NCBI GenBank assembly: GCA_963545855.1
Contig: CAUULA010000001.1
Coordinates: 9,518-73,517, forward strand
Length of the DNA stretch: 64,000 bases
Source of the DNA: an uncultured Prevotella sp.
GTDB taxonomy: Bacteria; Bacteroidota; Bacteroidia; Bacteroidales; Bacteroidaceae
Direction of reading: 5' to 3'
Shown: positions 20,701 to 28,420 of the stretch, piece by piece
Layout of the letters: each line of letters starts with the position of its first letter
Numbering within the stretch: position 1 is the first letter of the stretch
Translations under genes and position numbers: made by a program
The notes under the pieces: generated by a model
Told to the model about the DNA's origin: nothing
Database searches by the model: none
What the model saw: the letters and a program-made list of their open reading frames with translations, nothing else

Positions 20701-21182
20701 TCTCCGTGGTGATGGAGCAAAATGAGCCCAAGCAGATTACCTGCCGTGGGGCTCTCATGCAAGTGCGCGACGCCACGGGTTGCCAGCATGTGGCAGAGCT
20801 GAACAAGCTGATGGACGACTTTGACAGCCATCTGAAGTATAACTATTCCATGCTCCCCATGGAAACGCTCCGCTATGAAGACATGGATCGCGAGGATATC
20901 CGTGCGGCAATCGTGCGGCAAGTGAAGGAATTTAATGACTTCTTCCTGCAATTGTGCGAGGATATCCATATCGTAGATCGGTTCCTCGTAGAAAACCGAT
21001 CACTCGCCAGATTCCGGGAACTCGTCGGCAAGGATCTGGAGCATCACTTGATTAACGGTTGGAACTTCGTGAACAAGAACCAGGAAGACAGGAACGCTTC
21101 TGACCCGATAGAGGACACGGTGTTCTTCTATCCGATTATCGGCAGCATCCGCGACAACCTCATCGAACATTTGAAAGATTGA
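17706..21182 (+). CDS. Large protein with C-terminal actin/Hsp70 (ASKHA)-fold ATPase domain, SrfB-like
   Basis: AVDFGTTNT (phosphate 1), MPESVAP (connect 1), SIDIGGGSSDV (phosphate 2), FSGTGSK (adenosine), EPKQITCRGAL (connect 2); TAATG overlap with the tubulin-like gene. Confidence 0.82.
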   Translation: MSKILSYNNKTTGEGWIPLNTQYNADEIDMISDPNGGLSQKPRTAIPSPFAQMDLVKNAFSRLASHAVLQGEAMDEKLVSNALDIAQLFFSYPELKNRLHIIEWNRDVELPKLLSDPQHKLFGETLKMFLEQDKEAFNFDRMDRLYFLCYGNQVVGSTSPVTLFMPSPNAEPHSIPLPVEQNVNLFDFWRPLHVRNEKFVMYIYALFTAYPELKRSCGEVNHYLITSFQMLSQGLRDAILKEIGNPEAMDMQAVEHAKGYLDANFQQMDEGVQVLGVPFYCVRQEDVLKAIENSDFVIVPTREVGERLPLVLQNHLNAPQTDPFLYITTAWTDATVITPTDYAPAPDKRVLPATSHQYPWLTADDFFQPSLIKLDYRMDGDCFFDGNLSIGSRETDDCDFVLPLKPLFFKYFNVNDLWGTIGGRPKFELIHTQTGSVESVKAVLRVPVKKQGRYITLERTYVAAHNVDLGYDVKNDRGYFITVPFALSVFPFVHTQGLKQYNVQLVDRALGMLENYRLALDFYKNGYRNQVPDNDVIARERSLKSEKRVGSCYYRLAGDFDYINVSLSDERGNKVAEGAVCPKWPDYIPGHDAFTFAVDFGTTNTHVECMKGDDMPEPLRIDLAGRNRMLATLYNGSQVLYDVIIKQEFLPKEIGGDYGFPQRTVLSECERMDAVNVDNIVALGDADIPFIYEKESIGYGNRIVPNLKWSTEIATGKRIRAYLTEIALLLRTKVFLENGDIAKTRLVWFYPLSMKVGNIRKLGETWSKIFSEVFGIQATEANLIQMPESVAPYYFYKCSSQFRGAASTVASIDIGGGSSDVVVFESNAQQPAFLTSFRFAANVLFGDGFSEVPHGDTNPMLVRYVDYFRRLFDSDDDKYGELNGILDDITAKRKSEDINAFLFSVINNKVVNGNEVFSYNTRLNEDGDRKIAFIYFYVALIHYVACMMKHRRLEKPRSVMFSGTGSKVLDIVGSQRDLDLLTQAVFERVYGERYDADGFSVVMEQNEPKQITCRGALMQVRDATGCQHVAELNKLMDDFDSHLKYNYSMLPMETLRYEDMDREDIRAAIVRQVKEFNDFFLQLCEDIHIVDRFLVENRSLARFRELVGKDLEHHLINGWNFVNKNQEDRNASDPIEDTVFFYPIIGSIRDNLIEHLKD

Positions 21183-21187
21183 CCATC

Positions 21188-21745
21188 ATGTTTGGCAGAA
21201 ATCAGGAAACGGAAGATATAAAGAAGGCCGTCAGCGACTTGCAGCAATCCCATGAATCCCTGCTCGAGGAGCTGAAGAGGCTGAGGAAGCAGGTGGAGGA
21301 GCTCCGGGAGAGCCTCGCCACGAAAGAGAGGGCGGAGGAGAAAGAAGCCTTACTTGAGACTTCTGACTCCGAGCCGGCGGCGGGCGTACTCACTTCTTTC
21401 AGCCCCGAGCCCTCACGGCTCCAGCCCCGGTCCCGGGTGTTCTATCTTGCCGCGCCGACGGCCGACGGCCTTTTTGTCCGGCAGAGTGCCACGGAACAGA
21501 TCGGGAAGAGCATCTACAAGCTCGTGTCGGCGGATGGCGTGAATGGCAATTTCATCTTGCTGGACACCCCTGATGCCATTGCGACGGCGATGATCAGCGT
21601 CTCGCAGTTCGTGAAGTCGGTGTGCAAGGTGAACGGCAACATCGCTTCGATGCCCCGGCATATCATCACCGAGGAGGAGGGCGTCGCCACCCGGGATGGC
21701 GAAGGATGGCGCATGGTGCGCAAGGCAGTCGTAAGATTTGAGTGA
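21188..21745 (+). CDS. Coiled-coil protein with a small C-terminal globular domain, unknown function
   Basis: Heptad-rich N-terminus (LQQSHESLLEELKRLRKQVEELRESL); start ATG 21188 or TTG 21179. Confidence 0.75.
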   Translation: MFGRNQETEDIKKAVSDLQQSHESLLEELKRLRKQVEELRESLATKERAEEKEALLETSDSEPAAGVLTSFSPEPSRLQPRSRVFYLAAPTADGLFVRQSATEQIGKSIYKLVSADGVNGNFILLDTPDAIATAMISVSQFVKSVCKVNGNIASMPRHIITEEEGVATRDGEGWRMVRKAVVRFE

Positions 21746-21749
21746 AAAT

Positions 21750-22556
21750 ATGGAAATAAAGTGCCCGAAATGTAGATATAGGTTTGAGGTCTGGCGAGGT
21801 TCGGGGGTGCGCGAGCTGTCTTGCGTGTGCCCCCGTTGCGGCACGCCTTTCAGCTATGAACTACCCGAAGACGAACCCGCAGCGCATGCAGCTGAGGTTA
21901 CAGACGGCGAGGAAGAGCATTACAAGCCGTCTGTAATCGCATTACAAGCCGTTAGTAACAACGCCGGAAGCGGCCCTCGGCAGAACGAGGAGCCGTCGCC
22001 CGCCCCGGCGGCAGAGATGTCCGCAGCCTCTCCTGCCGGTCGGCAGCCTTATTCGGCGGGCCTGCGGCCGGACGCAGACGCCGTTCAGAAGAAGAAAGCA
22101 CCTTTCGGCTGTGGCTTCAAGAGCATTCTTATAGCCCTTCTGGCTCTTTTTGCGATTATTCTGTTCGGCCCCCGCGCGTGTCATTCAGAGGAGTCGTATA
22201 CGGCTGAGGATATTGTCGGAGACACCACCGTGGAGGCCATAGAGGAGATTCCCGCTGACTCATTTGACACCTCGGTAACCGAGCGGGATGCCAAGCCCAC
22301 GCCCGATTGGGTTTTCGGAAGGTGGCAGATTGCCACGGAATATGGCAATATCGAGGTGCACATAGCCGACAAATGGATTAGCGAGACATCGGACGGGGGT
22401 ACGAGCCACGCCACTTTCTACTATACTCCCGGCCAGTTGAACTGTTTCTTCCCGGACGACGGCCATCAGGTGAAGACCTACTATCGGCTCGATGAAGACC
22501 GCCATCTTATCGATGCGGGCGAAGGAATGTGGATGACGAAGAAAAGTGATCATTGA
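21750..22556 (+). CDS. Zinc-ribbon, single-TM membrane protein
   Basis: CPKC...CPRC at the N-terminus, Pro/Ala/Glu linker, TM helix ILIALLALFAIILFG, C-terminal domain; start ATG 21750. Confidence 0.78.
   Translation: MEIKCPKCRYRFEVWRGSGVRELSCVCPRCGTPFSYELPEDEPAAHAAEVTDGEEEHYKPSVIALQAVSNNAGSGPRQNEEPSPAPAAEMSAASPAGRQPYSAGLRPDADAVQKKKAPFGCGFKSILIALLALFAIILFGPRACHSEESYTAEDIVGDTTVEAIEEIPADSFDTSVTERDAKPTPDWVFGRWQIATEYGNIEVHIADKWISETSDGGTSHATFYYTPGQLNCFFPDDGHQVKTYYRLDEDRHLIDAGEGMWMTKKSDH
21898..21958. repeat. 22-bp-period palindromic array (family A), 3 units inside a CDS linker
   Basis: TTACA at 21898, 21920, 21942 with right arms AGGAA, TGTAA, AGTAA; spacer TCGCA also found at 47011. Confidence 0.8.
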
Positions 22557-23844
22557 CCGACAGATACTCCGCCTGGCCGTTCCTTCGATCATTTCGAACA
22601 TCACGGTGCCCCTCCTGGGACTTGTCGACCTTGCCATTGTCGGCCACATGGGCAATGTGCGGTACATTGCCGCCATAGCGGTGGGGTCGATGATTTTCAA
22701 TATTATCTATTGGCTTTTCGGCTTCCTTCGCATGGGAACGAGCGGAATGACCTCGCAGGCTCTTGGGAGGAGAGATCTTCCGGAGCTGATGCGCCTCTTC
22801 CTGCGCTCGCTCTCCGTGGGACTGCTCATCGCCCTCTGTTTCCTTATTTTCCAGTGGCCGCTCCGTTGGTTGTCGGTAACGCTCATGCATCCGTCGGCCG
22901 AGGTGGTTCCGCTTGTCCATTCCTATTTTAATATATGTATATGGGGAGCTCCGGCGGTGCTGGGTCTCTACAGCATGACAGGCTGGTTTGTGGGCATGCA
23001 GAACACGCGCGTCCCGATGGTGGTAAGCATCCTGCAGAACATCATCAACATCGTGGCTTCCCTCGCCCTGGTGCTTGGACTCGGCCTGAAGATAGAGGGC
23101 GTGGCCCTTGGCACCGTGGCGGCGCAGTGGTCGGGACTGCTGATAGCCCTGGGATTATGGTTCAGACATTACCGCAAGCTCCTCAAATACGATGCCGGTC
23201 GGCAAGGGGTGTTCGTGCGCAATGCCATGTCGCGCTTTTTCAGCGTCAACCGCGACATCTTCCTCCGCACGGTTTTCCTCGTGGCAGTAAATCTGTTCTT
23301 CACCTCTTTCGGTGCCCGGCAGGGAGACTTGATTCTTTCTGTGAATACCCTGCTGATGACATTCTACACGCTTTTCTCCTATGTCATGGACGGCTTCGCG
23401 TTTGCCGCGGAAGCCTTGTGTGGCAGAGCCTACGGTGCCGGCGACGGCCCGCAGTTCCGCAAGGTGTGCCGCCGGTTGGCTTTCTGGGGCCTTCTGATGG
23501 TGGCGGTGTTCACTCTCGTCTATGCTGCGGGAGGTCGTTCGTTCCTCGGACTGCTCACCGACGAGGCATCGGTCATCGATGCCGCCATGCCTTATTTCCT
23601 CTGGGCGCTGCTCATTCCGCTGGCAGGAGTGGCCGCCTTCATTTACGACGGCATCTTCATCGGCATCACGGCCACTCGCGGCATGCTCGTGTCCTCGTGC
23701 ATAGCGGCGGTTTGCTTCTTCGCCGTCTATGCCCTCCTCGTCGGTGTTCTCCATAATCACGCCCTTTGGCTGTCGCTCATCGTCTATCTTCTCATGCGTG
23801 GAGTGATTCAGAAGAGATATCTGGATAAAACATGCAGGATATAA
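22546..23844 (+). CDS. MATE family efflux transporter (DinF-like)
   Basis: PLLGLVD, FGFLRMGTSG, about 12 TM helices; GTG start overlapping the upstream gene. Confidence 0.92.
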   Translation: MIIDRQILRLAVPSIISNITVPLLGLVDLAIVGHMGNVRYIAAIAVGSMIFNIIYWLFGFLRMGTSGMTSQALGRRDLPELMRLFLRSLSVGLLIALCFLIFQWPLRWLSVTLMHPSAEVVPLVHSYFNICIWGAPAVLGLYSMTGWFVGMQNTRVPMVVSILQNIINIVASLALVLGLGLKIEGVALGTVAAQWSGLLIALGLWFRHYRKLLKYDAGRQGVFVRNAMSRFFSVNRDIFLRTVFLVAVNLFFTSFGARQGDLILSVNTLLMTFYTLFSYVMDGFAFAAEALCGRAYGAGDGPQFRKVCRRLAFWGLLMVAVFTLVYAAGGRSFLGLLTDEASVIDAAMPYFLWALLIPLAGVAAFIYDGIFIGITATRGMLVSSCIAAVCFFAVYALLVGVLHNHALWLSLIVYLLMRGVIQKRYLDKTCRI

Positions 23845-23885
23845 ATCGGAATTTCGTATATTTGCAGTAAAAATCTTAGCAGCGC

Positions 23886-25229
23886 ATGGAAATCGTATAT
23901 ATTGCAGCCGGACTGGTCGTAGGAGGCCTGATAGCTTTTTTGTGGATGAATGGGAAGAGGCGTGAGGTAGAGACCGCCTTGAAGCTTGCGGAGCAGGGGC
24001 GGGAGCACGAAATTCAGTTGAAGGAAGAGCTGCAGGCCAAGTTCAACACGGCTGAGGCCGAGCTTCGCGGCCTTGCCGACAAGCTCACTCAGGCCAAAGT
24101 GGAGCTGGGCGGCATGCAGTCGCAGCTGGAAGCGGAGCGGAAGAGCAGCAGCGAGGAGATAAAACTCCGCCGGGAGCAGTTCGAACAGCAATTGAAGACC
24201 ATTCAAGAGCAGTTCACCAATCTGGCGCAGGAGGTTCTCGATAAGACTTCCGACAAGTTGAAGACCCAGAATGTGAACTCCATCGATGCTCTTACCAAGC
24301 CCCTCAAAGACAAGGTGGCCGAGCTTCAGGAGGCCATTAAGCATACGAATGAGAAGACGGTGGAGACCACCTCTTCCATCACGGAGCAAATCCGGCAGAT
24401 GATGTTGCAGACGCAGCGCATGGACAAGACGGCCACCCGCCTTTCGAATGTCATGCAGGGGGGCAACAAGATACAGGGCAACTGGGGTGAGCACACGCTT
24501 CGCAATCTGCTGCTTGCCCAGGGAATGCAGGAAGGAACGGACTTCGACCTGCAGGTAACGGTTACGGCTGAAGGCACCGATAATTATCGCCCTGACGCCG
24601 TGTTGCATTATCCGAACGGAGAAGATGTGTTCATCGACGCCAAGATGTCTATCGATGCCTACAAGCATTTTGTGGAGGCTGAGGACGACGCGAGCCGCAA
24701 GATCTATGCCAAGAAGGTGGTCGAGAGCGTCAAGGGGCAGTACAAGAATCTGATGGGAAAGGATTACAGCCGTTTCGTGAAGGAAGGTCGGACGGCGGTA
24801 GACTTCGTCATCATGTATGTTCCTTACGAGGGTGCGCTCCAGTTGAGCTTCAAGGAAGACCCCAATCTATGGAGCGAGGCGTTTAACAACAAGGTCTTTA
24901 TTACCAGTCAGGAGAATCTGATGGCCGTCCTCAAAGTCATTGACATCGCATGGAGGCAGTATCAGCAGGCGGAAAATCAGAAGCTCGTTTTCCTCTTGGC
25001 CGATGAACTTCTCAAGCGTGTGGGCAAGTTTCTCGGAGAATATCAGAGGATGAAACGGAATCTTGACGCTTTCACCAAGTCGTTCGATGGTCTGGATACC
25101 ACCGTCTCCGGACGGCAGGGCATCGTACAGAAAGCCAACCAAATGAAGAAGTTGGGCGTCAAGGAGAGTGTGAACTATCCTCTCCCTGTAGACACGGCGG
25201 AAGACATGGAACTCCTCGAGGAGACTTAG
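23886..25229 (+). CDS. rmuC: DNA recombination protein RmuC
   Basis: N-terminal TM, coiled coil, QGNWGE, RPD, IDAK nuclease-like motifs; TATATTTG at 23857. Confidence 0.9.
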   Translation: MEIVYIAAGLVVGGLIAFLWMNGKRREVETALKLAEQGREHEIQLKEELQAKFNTAEAELRGLADKLTQAKVELGGMQSQLEAERKSSSEEIKLRREQFEQQLKTIQEQFTNLAQEVLDKTSDKLKTQNVNSIDALTKPLKDKVAELQEAIKHTNEKTVETTSSITEQIRQMMLQTQRMDKTATRLSNVMQGGNKIQGNWGEHTLRNLLLAQGMQEGTDFDLQVTVTAEGTDNYRPDAVLHYPNGEDVFIDAKMSIDAYKHFVEAEDDASRKIYAKKVVESVKGQYKNLMGKDYSRFVKEGRTAVDFVIMYVPYEGALQLSFKEDPNLWSEAFNNKVFITSQENLMAVLKVIDIAWRQYQQAENQKLVFLLADELLKRVGKFLGEYQRMKRNLDAFTKSFDGLDTTVSGRQGIVQKANQMKKLGVKESVNYPLPVDTAEDMELLEET

Positions 25230-26011
25230 CGGGAGCCGGAGAGGCTCTTCTCTCCGGTGCTTTCTGTCCGCAGGGTGCCCGCTTTCCGAATCAGGTCTTT
25301 TACCACTTCGCCGCCGATGATAAGTCCTGCTGCCGCGGGAACGAAGGCATTACTTGCCGGAATGCTCCGGCAGCAGCGGCCGTTGTCCTGTGGTTCTGCC
25401 ATGGGGGCTTCGTCTTGCAGTGGCTTCAACGGCTCTTCTTCACTGTAAACCACCTTGAGATGGGGGATTCCGAGCTTGCGAAGCCTTTTTCGCATAACCT
25501 TCGCAAGCGGGTCTATATTGGTCTTGTAGATATCAGCCACACGGAAGGCCGTGGCGTCGAGCTTATTGGCCGCGCCCATGCTTGAGATCAGGGGGACGCC
25601 GAGGCTGTGGCAACGCCTGGCAAGCTCGATCTTTGCCGTTATCGTATCGACGCAGTCCACCACATAGTCAAACTGGCCGAGGTCTACCTCTCCGGCATTT
25701 TCCGGCAGATAGAATAGGGGGTGTTTGCCGACCGTGCAGTCGGGATTAATGTCGTGTATGCGGGCTTCCGCCACCTCCACCTTGTATTGTCCCACGGTGG
25801 AAAGGAGCGCGAGAATCTGCCGGTTGACATTCGTCAGGCACACCCGGTCGTTGTCGAAGATATCTATGCTGCCCACGCCGCTTCGTGCCAAGACCTCCAA
25901 GGCATGCCCGCCTACGCCGCCAATGCCGAAAATGGCCACGCGCGAGGCGGCAAGCGTTTGCATGGCAGGCTTGCCTAACAGGAACTGGGTTCTGCAAAAC
26001 TGGTTCTGCAT
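25226..26011 (-). CDS. tcdA: tRNA threonylcarbamoyladenosine dehydratase (ThiF family)
   Basis: GIGGVG, TNVNRQ, SSMGAANKLD, DPLAKVMR; start ATG 26011 downstream of the -7 element at 26036-26043. Confidence 0.88.
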   Translation of the reverse strand: MQNQFCRTQFLLGKPAMQTLAASRVAIFGIGGVGGHALEVLARSGVGSIDIFDNDRVCLTNVNRQILALLSTVGQYKVEVAEARIHDINPDCTVGKHPLFYLPENAGEVDLGQFDYVVDCVDTITAKIELARRCHSLGVPLISSMGAANKLDATAFRVADIYKTNIDPLAKVMRKRLRKLGIPHLKVVYSEEEPLKPLQDEAPMAEPQDNGRCCRSIPASNAFVPAAAGLIIGGEVVKDLIRKAGTLRTESTGEKSLSGSR

Positions 26012-26151
26012 CTTTACCTTTTCGTTTTCTGTTTGCAAAGGTACGAAAAATTAAAGAAACCTTCTTCGTCTGTCCGGAATTTTTGTTTTCAGGAAATAGA
26101 ACGCCCTTTGAGGCTGTCCGTCGATAGTCCACCCCCGGAGTGAGACTGATT

Positions 26152-26502
26152 TTAAAACCTCACGGGCGGTCCGGGGAAATCCTGAATATCCGTTTCCATG
26201 AACTTCCATTGCGAGGCTTTGAGGTCCACATGACCGTTAGGCCGGAACTCCACGCCTTCTCCCTCGAGGAGCACTCGCTGCCCGGTCCATCCCGGTACAA
26301 GGCGGCCGCTTCCGTTCACGACCCTGTGGCAGGGCAGGCAGAGTTCTTGCGGCACGCCGTGCAAGACATGGCCTACAAGACGGGAGTTCTGCGGTCGACC
26401 TGTCAAGAACGCTATCTGGCCGTAAGTAACCACCTTTCCCCGCGGGATGGCAGCCACCACATGGTAGACTTCCTGCCGGAATTCTTCGGTTGACATGTTC
26501 AT
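26152..26502 (-). CDS. MGMT family (6-O-methylguanine DNA methyltransferase DNA-binding domain) protein
   Basis: IPRGKVVTYGQIA, RLVG, PCHRV motif. Confidence 0.9.
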   Translation of the reverse strand: MNMSTEEFRQEVYHVVAAIPRGKVVTYGQIAFLTGRPQNSRLVGHVLHGVPQELCLPCHRVVNGSGRLVPGWTGQRVLLEGEGVEFRPNGHVDLKASQWKFMETDIQDFPGPPVRF

Positions 26503-26597
26503 TCTGCCGACAAATATAACTTTTTTATTTTAAAAAGATAATTTTTGCGGGAATTGTTTCCTGCTTTCTCCGATTTTTCTTAATTTTGTCTTCAATT

Positions 26598-27842
26598 ATG
26601 GAAAATATCACCTTAACGCCAATGAGGAAGGGAATCGTGGGAGTGCAATTCCTCTTCGTCGCTTTCGGGGCAACCGTCCTCGTGCCGCTGCTCGTGGGGC
26701 TCAGTCCCGCCACAGCCTTGTTTACGGCCGGATTAGGTACTTTCATCTTTCATCTCGTAACGAAAGGGAAGGTACCTATTTTTTTAGGTTCCAGCTTCGC
26801 GTTCATCGCCCCCATCATCGCGGCTTCCCAGCAGTGGGGAATGCCGGGCACGCTTGCAGGCATAGTGGGGGTGGCCCTGGTCTACTTCATCGTGAGCGCG
26901 CTCATCCGCTGGCAGGGTAAGAAGCTGCTCGACAGACTGTTTCCCCCGGTGGTCATCGGCCCCGTCATCATCCTCATCGGACTGACTCTCTCGGGCTCGG
27001 CGGTGAATATGGCCAAAGAAAACTGGGGCCTCGCCTTCGTCTCGCTGATAACGGCCATCCTCGTGCTCACTTTTGCCCGGGGGCTCCTGAAGCTCGTTCC
27101 CGTGGTGTGCGGGCTGATCGTGGGTTACATTGTGGCCCTCTGCATGGGCGTGGTAGACCTGAGTGGCGTTGTCGCGGCGCCGTGGTTTGCCCTGCCGCCG
27201 TCGATAGCCCACTTCCGGATACCTCCGTTTGCGTGGGAGCCCTTCCTGTATATGATTCCCGTGGCCATCGCTCCTGTCATTGAGCACATCGGCGATGTGT
27301 ATGTCGTGGGGGCGGTAGCGCAGAAGGATTTCGTGAAAGATCCGGGACTTCACCGCACCATGCTGGGCGACGGACTGGCCTGTCTGGCGGCATCATTCCT
27401 CGGCGGTCCTCCGGTAACCACTTATAGCGAGGTAACGGGGGCGATGTCGATTACGAAGGTAACCCATCCTCAGGTAATCCGCATCGCTGCCCTCACGGCC
27501 ATCGTCTTCTCGGTTATCGGCAAGCTGTCGGCTTTCCTGCAGTCGATTCCGAGTGCCGTGCTCGGCGGCATCATGCTCCTGCTCTTCGGAACGATAGCCA
27601 ATGTGGGCATCCAGAACCTCGTGCAGAACAAGGTGAACCTGAATGTAACCCGCAACACCATCATCATTTCCGTAACCCTCACCCTTGGCATCGGCGGAGC
27701 CGTCTTGAACTTCGGGAGCTTCTCGCTGGGCGGTATCGGGCTGAGCGCCGTGGTCAGCGTGCTGCTCAACCTGCTGTTGCCGCACGACAAGGACGAAGAG
27801 GCTGCCCCCAGCCTGATTGAGGGAAAGAATGTGGAGTCATAA
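26598..27842 (+). CDS. uraA: Uracil/xanthine permease (NCS2, UraA-like)
   Basis: QFLFVAFGATVLVP, FLGSSFAFI, TTYSE motifs; TAATTTTG at 26581. Confidence 0.9.
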   Translation: MENITLTPMRKGIVGVQFLFVAFGATVLVPLLVGLSPATALFTAGLGTFIFHLVTKGKVPIFLGSSFAFIAPIIAASQQWGMPGTLAGIVGVALVYFIVSALIRWQGKKLLDRLFPPVVIGPVIILIGLTLSGSAVNMAKENWGLAFVSLITAILVLTFARGLLKLVPVVCGLIVGYIVALCMGVVDLSGVVAAPWFALPPSIAHFRIPPFAWEPFLYMIPVAIAPVIEHIGDVYVVGAVAQKDFVKDPGLHRTMLGDGLACLAASFLGGPPVTTYSEVTGAMSITKVTHPQVIRIAALTAIVFSVIGKLSAFLQSIPSAVLGGIMLLLFGTIANVGIQNLVQNKVNLNVTRNTIIISVTLTLGIGGAVLNFGSFSLGGIGLSAVVSVLLNLLLPHDKDEEAAPSLIEGKNVES

Positions 27843-27864
27843 CTCAGTAAACAAGCATTGGACG

Positions 27865-28230
27865 ATGGAATTCAAGGACAGGGAAAAGTTTTCGGACTTT
27901 GAGGAATACTGGCGGGCCAACAAGAGCCGCCTGATGCTCGACGCGCCACAGCCCCTGAAGACGGAGCGCGCCGACAGCGGCAAGTTTAATACGCCGGGCG
28001 ACTGGCTCCTGGCACCACTCCCCATTGTGGCGATGATACTGTTCATGCGGACGGGATGGGTGGCTAACGAACTGTTGAACCTTGTCGTGGCCATCGCGAT
28101 AGGCGTGGTGCTCTATGTGCTCGGCGAGATGGCGAAACCTTATGTAACGGGCAAACGCTCGGTGACGGACATCGACCGCGACATCAAGGAATACTTTTGC
28201 CGGGAGTGGGAGGCCGGCGAGGCCTCTTGA
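27865..28230 (+). CDS. Hypothetical membrane protein (2 TM)
   Basis: Two hydrophobic helices, followed by a terminator; start ATG 27865. Confidence 0.7.
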   Translation: MEFKDREKFSDFEEYWRANKSRLMLDAPQPLKTERADSGKFNTPGDWLLAPLPIVAMILFMRTGWVANELLNLVVAIAIGVVLYVLGEMAKPYVTGKRSVTDIDRDIKEYFCREWEAGEAS

Positions 28231-28241
28231 GCGAAACACGG

Positions 28242-28274
28242 AAGGCTGTCCCGACGGGGGCGGCCTTTTTGTTT
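28242..28274 (+). terminator. Intrinsic terminator
   Basis: AAGGCTGTCC...GGGGCGGCCTT stem followed by a T-rich tract. Confidence 0.7.
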
Positions 28275-28312
28275 CCCGGCGATTTCCCGTAAAGGCGTTT
28301 GCGGTCGGGCTG

Positions 28313-28380
28313 CTGACGGATTCGGCGGTTTTGTCTGACGAAATCGCCGAAATTGTGCGACGAAACCGCCGATTTTGTCA
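28313..28380. repeat. Second 22-bp-period palindromic array (family B), 3 units
   Basis: CTGACGGATTCGGCGGTTTTGT / CTGACGAAATCGCCGAAATTGT / GCGACGAAACCGCCGATTTTGT at 28313, 28335, 28357. Confidence 0.85.
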
Positions 28381-28420
28381 AGCTGTGAGCGGTTTTCTGT
28401 CTTCTTGCCGTCGGCGGGGC

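Noticed and set aside
18954..20969. 671-aa antisense ORF, and similar long shadow ORFs (4796-6340, 7514-8749, 12682-13695, 30213-31265, 44622-45743)
   Set aside because: They lie opposite well-supported genes, have no motifs, and are expected from GC-rich third-codon bias
16162..21182. Canonical ftsZ/ftsA or dnaK
   Set aside because: Wrong sizes, no dcw context, no FtsZ C-terminal peptide and no Hsp70 substrate-binding domain
26152..26502. Catalytically dead alkyltransferase-like (ATL) protein
   Set aside because: The active-site Cys is retained (PCHRV rather than PWHRV)
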